A stretch of DNA of 64,000 nt. It comes from Chloroflexota bacterium (GTDB lineage Bacteria; Chloroflexota; Anaerolineae; B4-G1). The notes beneath the pieces were generated by a model. The model searched no databases. It was not told the DNA's origin and saw only the letters and a list, made by a program, of their open reading frames with translations. The stretch's first letter is position 1, and each line of letters begins with the position of its first letter. The stretch covers positions 133,976 through 197,975 of the forward strand of contig JAXHUO010000001.1 in assembly GCA_034189605.1 (NCBI GenBank), written 5' to 3'. The position numbers and the translations under genes are program-made. Positions 56,410-64,000 of this stretch are shown in pieces.

Positions 56410-57831
56410 ATGTTTGTCACATTCGAAGAAGCACGGCAGTACGTGGAAGAGAACGATGTGCATATGATTGATCTCAAGTTCGCTGATCTTTGGGGCCGCT
56501 GGCATCACCTCACGATCCCCCAGAGTCAATTCGTCCCGGCGCTTATGGATGCTGGCGTCGGCTTCGATGGCTCCGCCGTCGGCTTAAAGTCAGTCAAGGC
56601 CGGTGACATGGTATTGGTGCCCGACCTCTCAACTGGTTTTGCCGATCCCTTTTGGGACATACCCACTCTCAGTTTTATCTGCACTACACTGGAGGCTGAT
56701 ACGAAAGCGGTCTTTCCTAACGACCCGCGCAACATTGCTCTCCGTGCCGAGGAGCATCTGGTCGAGAGCAGCGTCGCTAGCCGGAGCCAGTGGGGGCCAG
56801 AGTTCGAGTTTTACGTCTTTGACAGCGTGGCCTACGAAAATGAGATGAACCGTGCTGGCTACAGCGTCGAGTCGGGTGAGGCTGCCTGGCGTAGCGGGGC
56901 AGGAGGGCACGGTCACTATATCCCGCCCCACGGTGGTTATCACGCGATTCCCCCCAAGGATACGCTCTACAACCTGCGCGCCGAGATGAGTTTACACCTC
57001 CGGACGATGGGGGTGCCAATCAAATATCACCATCACGAGGTGGGAGGGCCGGGACAGTGCGAGATTGAGACGCCACTAATGGGGCTTTTAGAGGCTGGTG
57101 ACACAGCGATGATTGTCAAGTACGTCACTAAAATGGTCGCCCACCGGCATGGCCAGACAGTCACATTTATGCCCAAGCCGATCTATGGCGAGGCTGGGTC
57201 GGGGATGCATTTCCATCAGCATCTGTTCAAGGGTGATCAGAACGTGTTCTATGATCCCACGGGCTATGGACTGTTGAGCCAGACGGCACTGTACTATATT
57301 GGTGGGCTGTTGCTCCACGGGCCGGCGTTGCTGGCATTTACCAGTCCCAGTACCAACTCCTACCGGCGACTTGTGCCTGGCTTTGAGGCTCCGGTCAATG
57401 CTTTCTTCTCCATTGGGAACCGGAGTGCCGCTGTGCGCATCCCGCGTTATGCTACTCAACCCGACCGGGTGCGCGTCGAGTTCCGCCCGCCGGATGCCGC
57501 CTGTAACGTCTACCTGGCGCTGGCGGCCCAACTTCTGGCTGGATTGGATGGCATCCGCCGCCAGATTGATCCCACCGAGGCCGGATTCGGTCCGATAGAT
57601 GCCGACGTTTTTGCCTGGACAGATGAACGGCGGGCGACGATCCGGCCACTGCCCGCGTCGCTCAAGGAGGCTCTGGAAATCCTGGCGACCGATCACGATT
57701 TCCTGTTGGCGGGTGATGTCTTTAGCAAAGACTTGATCGAACGTTGGATCGCTTTCAAGATGGACGAAGAGTACTATCAGGTGCGCAACCGCCCGCATCC
57801 CTATGAGATGGAACTCTACTTTGACGTGTGA
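56410..57831 (+). CDS. glnA: Glutamine synthetase type I
   Basis: FDGS, GPEFEF, HHEV, FMPKP, GSGMH, NSYRRLVPG and NRSA motifs; RBS AAGGAG. Confidence 0.95.
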   Translation: MFVTFEEARQYVEENDVHMIDLKFADLWGRWHHLTIPQSQFVPALMDAGVGFDGSAVGLKSVKAGDMVLVPDLSTGFADPFWDIPTLSFICTTLEADTKAVFPNDPRNIALRAEEHLVESSVASRSQWGPEFEFYVFDSVAYENEMNRAGYSVESGEAAWRSGAGGHGHYIPPHGGYHAIPPKDTLYNLRAEMSLHLRTMGVPIKYHHHEVGGPGQCEIETPLMGLLEAGDTAMIVKYVTKMVAHRHGQTVTFMPKPIYGEAGSGMHFHQHLFKGDQNVFYDPTGYGLLSQTALYYIGGLLLHGPALLAFTSPSTNSYRRLVPGFEAPVNAFFSIGNRSAAVRIPRYATQPDRVRVEFRPPDAACNVYLALAAQLLAGLDGIRRQIDPTEAGFGPIDADVFAWTDERRATIRPLPASLKEALEILATDHDFLLAGDVFSKDLIERWIAFKMDEEYYQVRNRPHPYEMELYFDV

Positions 57832-57834
57832 GCG

Positions 57835-57863
57835 TTGACACCTGTTAGTTCTCAGGCTATAAT
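57835..57863 (+). promoter_or_regulatory. Consensus sigma70 promoter TTGACA-N17-TATAAT
   Basis: Exact match to both hexamers. Confidence 0.85.
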
Positions 57864-57996
57864 CAGGTTGTGGGGTAGGATGATGATTTTTGCAGCGGCC
57901 CGGCCCGGCTGTATTCATTGCAGGATGGGGACGTGGCCATCATCTGCCTCGGGCTTTTTTTCTGTTCTGTGAACAGATTATCTCAGGAGATGCTCT

Positions 57997-59424
57997 ATGA
58001 CTATCAAGTTCGGCACCGATGGCTGGCGCGCCGTCATTTCTGATACCTTTACCTTTGCTAACCTGCGACTGGTGACCCAGGCCATCGCCGATTATGTGCT
58101 GGAGGAGACCGGCGACGGCCAGCCTGAGGTTGTCATCGGTTTCGATACTCGGTTTCTCTCTGACCGCTACGCGGTTGAGGCGGCCCGTGTCATGGCTGGT
58201 AACAACATTGTTGCCCATCTCACCCGCGCCGATGCCCCGACCCCGGCTATCTCTTACGCCGTTGTCCATAAAGAGGCTGTTGCCGGCGTGATGATCACCG
58301 CCAGCCATAACCCGCCGCGCTATAATGGTCTCAAACTCAAAGCCGCTTTCGGCGGAACGGCGCTGCCGGAGCAGGCGGATCGTGTCGAGGCTCATCTGAT
58401 GCGCAACCAGGAGGCGGCTCGCGGGCCTAACGTGATGGACTACCAGGCAGCGCTGGACAAAGGACTCATCTGCCGCTTCGATCCCGCCTGGGCTTACTAT
58501 GAGCACCTTGGTCAACTAGTGAACTTGGACGTGATTTCGGATGGCGAACTGCGGGTGGTGACCGACGCGATGTACGGTTCCGGCCGCAAGTGCATTGCTG
58601 ATATGCTGGCTCGCACGCGGTGCCAGGTGCACGAAATTCGGGGGGAGATGAACCCCGGCTTTGGCGGCATTCACCCTGAACCCATCGCTTGCTACCTGAG
58701 TGCCCTGGGAGCGGCCATCCAGTCCTATCATGCCGACCTGGGGTTGGCTACTGACGGAGACGGCGACCGCATCGGGGCGATGGATGCCCAAGGTAACTTT
58801 GTGGACCCTCATCACATCTTCGCACTGGCCTTGCGGTACCTGGTTGAGGAGCGGGGATGGAGTGGGACGGTTGTCAAGAGCGTCTCCACTACCCGTATGG
58901 TGGACCGTCTGGCGGCGCAGTACGACCTGCCACTGGTGGAGACGCCTGTTGGTTTTAACCACATCGCTGACCACATGCTGAATGGCGGTGTGCTCATCGG
59001 TGGGGAGGAGTCGGGCGGGATGAGCATCAAAGGCCATATCCCAGAGGGAGATGGTGTATTGATAGGACTGTTGCTGTTGGAGATTGTCTCAGCCGCTGGT
59101 GCTCCTCTGCACGAACTGGTGGCTAATCTTCAGGCCGACGCCGGTCCGACCTGCTACACTCGCCACGACATCCCTCTCCGCCGTCCCGTCACCAAGGCGG
59201 AGATGGTCGCCCGGCTGACCGGTGAGGTGCCGGACGCCCTGGGTGGTCAAGAGGTGGTCGAAGTGAAGACGCTTGATGGCGTCCAGTACCTGCTGGCCGA
59301 CGACTCATGGCTCTTGATCCGCCCATCAGGCACCGAACCGGTACTGCGCGTCTATGCTGAGGCGCGGGAGAAGGAAATGGTCAAGGTGTTATTGTCTTAT
59401 GGGGAGCATGTGGCCAGTGGATGA
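57997..59424 (+). CDS. Phosphoglucomutase/phosphomannomutase family protein
   Basis: FGTDGWR, TASHNP, DGDGDR, GEESGG and RPSGTEP motifs. Confidence 0.94.
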   Translation: MTIKFGTDGWRAVISDTFTFANLRLVTQAIADYVLEETGDGQPEVVIGFDTRFLSDRYAVEAARVMAGNNIVAHLTRADAPTPAISYAVVHKEAVAGVMITASHNPPRYNGLKLKAAFGGTALPEQADRVEAHLMRNQEAARGPNVMDYQAALDKGLICRFDPAWAYYEHLGQLVNLDVISDGELRVVTDAMYGSGRKCIADMLARTRCQVHEIRGEMNPGFGGIHPEPIACYLSALGAAIQSYHADLGLATDGDGDRIGAMDAQGNFVDPHHIFALALRYLVEERGWSGTVVKSVSTTRMVDRLAAQYDLPLVETPVGFNHIADHMLNGGVLIGGEESGGMSIKGHIPEGDGVLIGLLLLEIVSAAGAPLHELVANLQADAGPTCYTRHDIPLRRPVTKAEMVARLTGEVPDALGGQEVVEVKTLDGVQYLLADDSWLLIRPSGTEPVLRVYAEAREKEMVKVLLSYGEHVASG

Positions 59425-59500
59425 TGAAGGATGAGGCAGTGTACAATGAACAAACGGCAAGTCTCAATTGCTAACTGCTGATTGCCAATATCCAATTGTT

Positions 59501-60391
59501 ATGGTGACGAGACCTTTCTTCCTTGCTATTGAGGGTGCCATCGGAGTGGGAAAGACGACGCTGGCTCGTCTGTTGCAACCCCGTTTCAAATCAGGGTTGC
59601 TATTGGAGGTTTTTGAGGAAAACCCCTTTCTCTCTGATTTTTATGCTGACCGTGCCCGTTATGCCTTTCAGACTCAGATGTTTTTCCTGCTAAGCCGCTA
59701 CCGGCAGCAGCAGGCGATATCTGATCTTCTGGCGCGTGGCCCCCTCATCGCGGATTACACCTTCGCCAAGGACAGCCTCTTTGCCTGCTTGAATCTGGAA
59801 GGTGACGAGTTGGAGATATATAAGCGGCTATACAGGGTGCTGGCCGACCGCATCCCTGCTCCCGATCTTGTCATTTACCTGCGCGCTGATACCGATGTGC
59901 TGATGACGCGCATTGCGACCCGTGACCGGGCCTACGAACGGGAGATGGACCGCGCTTACATCGAAAGCCTGCAGCAGGCCTACGAACAGCACTTTTCTAC
60001 TATTCAAGTCCCGTTGCTGATCATTGACACCGACAATCTGGATTACGTCCGGGATGCGAGCGCCCTAGCCTTTGTCGAGGGCCAGGTGCAGATGGCGCTT
60101 GGGATTGGAGCCTATCAGCAGCCTCTACCTCAGATGGGACTCGTTGGCCCGTCGAGTGCACCAGCCATGCCAGCGGGGATGATTCGCGTAGCGTCAGAAT
60201 GGGAAGCGGTGGGAGAGTTTCTGGTAGCAATTGAGGCTATGGGGCGTCTGGGCGCCACGCTGGCTGATGGCGTACAGGGAAGGGCAGGCGAACAGGATGC
60301 GCAATTGAGGGTCGCGCTGCAGGATGCGATGGTGAGGCTGCAGCGGCTGGCACGTGCGGTCGGGGTTGACCTGCAGGGGGTACAGTGGTAG
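59501..60391 (+). CDS. Deoxynucleoside kinase with a degenerate C-terminal helical (MazG-like) extension
   Basis: IEGAIGVGKTT, ENPFL..FY, FQTQMFFL and RI..R.R..E motifs. Confidence 0.88.
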   Translation: MVTRPFFLAIEGAIGVGKTTLARLLQPRFKSGLLLEVFEENPFLSDFYADRARYAFQTQMFFLLSRYRQQQAISDLLARGPLIADYTFAKDSLFACLNLEGDELEIYKRLYRVLADRIPAPDLVIYLRADTDVLMTRIATRDRAYEREMDRAYIESLQQAYEQHFSTIQVPLLIIDTDNLDYVRDASALAFVEGQVQMALGIGAYQQPLPQMGLVGPSSAPAMPAGMIRVASEWEAVGEFLVAIEAMGRLGATLADGVQGRAGEQDAQLRVALQDAMVRLQRLARAVGVDLQGVQW

Positions 60392-63300
60392 ATTGGCTGA
60401 CACTCATTCTTAGCAGCGTTGTGATTTCTATGGCGGTGTTGGCCGCAGCCTATATTTACCTCTATGTACGGCAGCGGCGGCGGCGACGGCAGGTCGCGAT
60501 GGGGTTGTGGGCTCTGGGGTGGACCGCCTACCTGGGCCTCCACCTCGGGCTCCTGGCCGAGATATTCCTGCCGCTGGCTATGCTGTGGTGTTATCTGAGT
60601 CTGGCGCTGTTGGGCTTGAGTGCTTTTCTCCTTTGGGCAGGTACGCGCCACTTTGTTGGGTCTCCTCCTTTCCGTCGTGCTTACGCTTGGGGAGCACTGC
60701 CGGTGATCTGTGCTGCTGTTGCTTTCCTGGGGCTGGAGGAACGACCCTGGCTGGCCATTCCAATATTCCTTTTTGCGGGTATTGCCAATCTGTTCACCGC
60801 AGCGAGTCTGTATCACTACAGCCGCTCCGGTGAAGGCTTGGAGGCTGCTATAGTCGCAGCACTGGGGTACGGGCTGTGGGGTGTGCTGGAACTGCTCTTT
60901 CCCTTCGTCCACATCATCTTATCGCCTCGGATCACCGTATTGGCTTTGAGCATGTTACTCGCGAATGGTCTGACTCTCGGCCTGGCCATCTCCCTGCTCG
61001 GCCTCCACATACAGAAGAGGGGGCGAAGATCATACCGACAGGCCAGGCAACTAAAGAGCCTGCGCACGATCACGGCGGCTGTCAGTCAGGTGCTCGACCC
61101 CGATGAGGTACTGAATCTGGTGGCTCATCAGGCCGCCGCGCTGGTCGGGGCGGAGACAGTCGTCGTCTCACTGATCAGTGAAGACGGCACTCGTCTGCTC
61201 TACAAGGCTGCTCGCGGCCGCTGGGCCGCTCAGTTGCTCGGGCAAGGGAAACTCATCCGCAGTACGGGCATCTGTGGCTGGGTGATGGACACGCGAGGGG
61301 GGTTCTACTCCGAGAATCTGGCGCAGGATGGCCGGGCAACGGAGGTGATGGGTGAGATACCCGAGTTGGAGACGGCCATCTCTGCCCCGATGGTGTTCAT
61401 GGGGAAAGCGATTGGCGCGATCACCATGTTCAACAAGGTCGGTGGTGGAAGTTTCACTCGCGACGACCTGGAACAGCGCCTGCAACCTCTGGCAGACCAG
61501 GCTGCTATCGCTATTCAGAACGCCCGGCTTTTCGAGGAGACGAAGCAGCGTACGCGCCAGTTGGAAGCCTTGACTGAAGTCGGACGGGCTATTGGTTCCA
61601 CCCTCAACCTCGACGAGGTGCTGCAGTTGATCCTGAGGCGGTTGGAAGATGTTGTGCCATACGATGCGGTTTCCCTGTGGCTGCGAGAAGGGGGGGCGAT
61701 GCGCATCCGGGCGGTGCAGGGCTTTGAGGTCTTGGAAGTGCACATGGGCTTTGAGATCACCATTCAGGACGATGTCCTCTCTCAGGAGATGGTGAGCACA
61801 CAGCGGCCCCTCATTCTCGCCGATGCGCGACAGGATGAACGATTTCGTGGTCTGGCGGGCACGGATTGGGTGCGCTCCTGGCTGGGGGTGCCACTGCTGA
61901 GCAAGGGGGAGGTCATCGGTCTTGTCACCATAGACAAGAGAGAACCATCTTATTACACGGCGGAGATGGCCGAACTGGCACTGGTCTTTGGCCAGCAGGC
62001 GGCCATGGCCATCGAAAATGCCCGCCTGTATGAAGAGACGAAACGGCGGGCCGAGGAGATGACGGCACTGTATTACACCTCCCTGGAAATTCCCACCAAC
62101 CTGCCAGACTTGCTGTGGGCTATCTGCGACCGGGCGGCCAGACTGCTGGATGTGGAAAAGGGAGGTCTCTATCTCTACGACGAGGCGCGGGAAGAACTGG
62201 AACTGGTGGTTTCCTACAAACTAGGGCGAGACTTTGCCGGTGCGCGCATCAAACTCGGCGAGGGTCTTGCTGGTCGCGTGGTTCTGACGGGCCAGCATCT
62301 GATCGTGGATGACTATTCCCGTTGGGACGGGCGGGCACGGGTGTATGAGGGGGAGCCTTTTGCCACAGTTATTGGTCTCCCTCTCAAGTGGCAGGAGCGA
62401 GTCATCGGGAGTATCGTCCTGGCTGAAGGGAGCGGGCGGCGCATGTTCACTCCCGAAGATGAACGGTTGCTCAGTCTCTTTGCTCAGCAGGCCGCCGTGG
62501 CCATCGAGAATGCCCGGCTCTACGAAGGGACAATGCGGCACGTGGAGGAACTGACCGCGCTGCACAACATTGACGTCGCCATTGCCTCGACGCTGGACCT
62601 GGATGAGGTGCTGCGGCGAGTTTACGAGCAAGTCAGCACGGTGATGGACGTCACTGCTTTCCACATCGCTTTGTACGATGAGGAGAAGGACGAACTCTAT
62701 TCGCCGGTCATTGTGGATCGGGGAAAATGGTTGCCACCTCAGGTCTTGGAAGGTGGGTTGAGCGGTTGGGTCGTCCGTACGCGGGAACCGCTGTGGATCG
62801 AGGATTGGGACAAGGAGCGAGACACTTTGTCTGCCGAGGCCATTGCCTTGGGCATCCCAACTTGCTCTCTGATGGTGCTGCCGCTCATTGCCAGAGATAA
62901 GATCGTCGGCGTCATGTCGGCCCAGTCCTATGAGCCCTATGCCTTCGACGAGGGTCACCGACGTCTCTTCTCCGGCATCGCCAGCCAGGTAGCAGTCGCG
63001 ATTGAGAACGCCTGGTTGTTCGAGGAGACCGATCGTCGCCTGGCGGAGACGTGTTTGTTACAGGAAGTGATGCAAGCAGCCACCTCTATACTCGACTTTG
63101 ACGAGGTGCTCACCCGCACTCTCGAAACGCTGCATAGAACCCTGGGCATCGAATATCTGAACTTTGCTCTCCCCGACGGGCAGGGAACAGGTCTGACGTT
63201 ACATCCGTCTCAGATTGGCTATCCAATTACACTGCCTGGCTTGCATGTGCCCCTGGATGGAAGTGTGACCGGCCGGGTATATCAGAGTGGGGAGCCACAG

Positions 63301-64000
63301 ATTGTCCCCGATGTGCGAGAGTTGCCGTACTACTTTGAGGGTGCGCCGGAGATCCGTTCCGAGTTGGCAGTGCCGGTCAAGGTGGCTGGCCAGGTCATCG
63401 CCGTCCTCAATGCGGAGAGCCCTGACCTGGGAGCCTTTAGTGAAGGCGACCTGCGCCTGTTCTCTGCCGTCGCCGCTCAACTGGGCGTGGTGCTGGATAA
63501 TACACGGCTTTACGAAGAGGCTACGAGGCGTCTGGCCGAGGCCCGTCTGACTCAGGAGGTGGTGCTGGCGGCTGCCTCGACGCTCGATTTCGACCTGGTG
63601 CTCGAACGCGCCGTCAAGGCGCTGTACCGGGCGCTGGCCATTGCTAGCCTCGGTTTCCTGTTGCCGGACGAGCAGGAAGGTGTATTGGTATCTCATCCTT
63701 CCCTGGTCGGTTTTGTGGAGAGGGCTTTCCGGGTTACCATCGAAGGTAGCCTGGTCGGACAAGCCTATCGCACCGGTCAGCCAGTGCTGGTGCAGGACGC
63801 CGCGAAGGAACCTGCCTACTTTGAACAGGCCTCTGATGTCCGTTCCGTGCTGACCGTGCCGGTGTGGATCAGCGATCGTGTCGTCGCAGTGCTGTACGCG
63901 GAAAGTCTCCAGGTAGGAGCCTTTGGCGAGGACGAACTGCGCCTCTTTACCACCATCGCCGGGCAGTTGGGCGTGACGCTGGATAACGCCCGGCTGTATC
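60385..64000 (+). CDS. Membrane-anchored multi-GAF sensor protein, partial (runs off the window; missing from the ORF track)
   Basis: Open frame from GTG 60385 to the window end; about 7 TM segments, then six GAF units each ending in an AIENARLYEE-like motif. Confidence 0.88.
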   Translation, partial: MVDWLTLILSSVVISMAVLAAAYIYLYVRQRRRRRQVAMGLWALGWTAYLGLHLGLLAEIFLPLAMLWCYLSLALLGLSAFLLWAGTRHFVGSPPFRRAYAWGALPVICAAVAFLGLEERPWLAIPIFLFAGIANLFTAASLYHYSRSGEGLEAAIVAALGYGLWGVLELLFPFVHIILSPRITVLALSMLLANGLTLGLAISLLGLHIQKRGRRSYRQARQLKSLRTITAAVSQVLDPDEVLNLVAHQAAALVGAETVVVSLISEDGTRLLYKAARGRWAAQLLGQGKLIRSTGICGWVMDTRGGFYSENLAQDGRATEVMGEIPELETAISAPMVFMGKAIGAITMFNKVGGGSFTRDDLEQRLQPLADQAAIAIQNARLFEETKQRTRQLEALTEVGRAIGSTLNLDEVLQLILRRLEDVVPYDAVSLWLREGGAMRIRAVQGFEVLEVHMGFEITIQDDVLSQEMVSTQRPLILADARQDERFRGLAGTDWVRSWLGVPLLSKGEVIGLVTIDKREPSYYTAEMAELALVFGQQAAMAIENARLYEETKRRAEEMTALYYTSLEIPTNLPDLLWAICDRAARLLDVEKGGLYLYDEAREELELVVSYKLGRDFAGARIKLGEGLAGRVVLTGQHLIVDDYSRWDGRARVYEGEPFATVIGLPLKWQERVIGSIVLAEGSGRRMFTPEDERLLSLFAQQAAVAIENARLYEGTMRHVEELTALHNIDVAIASTLDLDEVLRRVYEQVSTVMDVTAFHIALYDEEKDELYSPVIVDRGKWLPPQVLEGGLSGWVVRTREPLWIEDWDKERDTLSAEAIALGIPTCSLMVLPLIARDKIVGVMSAQSYEPYAFDEGHRRLFSGIASQVAVAIENAWLFEETDRRLAETCLLQEVMQAATSILDFDEVLTRTLETLHRTLGIEYLNFALPDGQGTGLTLHPSQIGYPITLPGLHVPLDGSVTGRVYQSGEPQIVPDVRELPYYFEGAPEIRSELAVPVKVAGQVIAVLNAESPDLGAFSEGDLRLFSAVAAQLGVVLDNTRLYEEATRRLAEARLTQEVVLAAASTLDFDLVLERAVKALYRALAIASLGFLLPDEQEGVLVSHPSLVGFVERAFRVTIEGSLVGQAYRTGQPVLVQDAAKEPAYFEQASDVRSVLTVPVWISDRVVAVLYAESLQVGAFGEDELRLFTTIAGQLGVTLDNARLY

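Noticed and set aside
60130-63853. Numerous short ORFs in the last 4 kb
   Set aside because: Shadows of the kinase 3' end and the long multi-GAF frame that runs off the window.

Overview
GC-rich bacterial chromosomal window whose gene content points to Chloroflexota, probably Anaerolineae (inference: C-terminal xxLPLxxR sorting motif, DUF5667 anti-sigma, multi-GAF sensor, many GT-C membrane proteins). From left to right it holds: mreC(end)-mreD-pbp2 and a DUF2723 glycosyltransferase-like gene; an ECF sigma/DUF5667 anti-sigma pair divergent from a secreted Cys/Asp-repeat protein, with two near-identical back-to-back promoter motifs; an ArsR-permease-4x thioredoxin-CDF cluster; a DEAD-box helicase; a decaying Type III restriction-modification locus; a lower-GC ABC/PrsW-protease module; a Ser/Thr kinase-Ig-FGE protein; a Thr T-box-led threonine cluster; a surface-glycosylation region; glnA, a phosphohexomutase, a deoxynucleoside kinase; and a sensor with at least 6 GAF domains that runs off the window edge. 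The best leads are: (1) an apparently circularly permuted HAD protein directly upstream of thrC in a thr cluster lacking thrB, which is a candidate new homoserine phosphotransferase; (2) the ECF/anti-sigma/Cys-Asp repeat module with a visible promoter motif; (3) a 21-24 bp element and heptamer repeats inserted in frame in unrelated proteins; and (4) a DUF5666-like insert in the methylase target-recognition domain. All family assignments come from motif recognition by eye, not from database searches.
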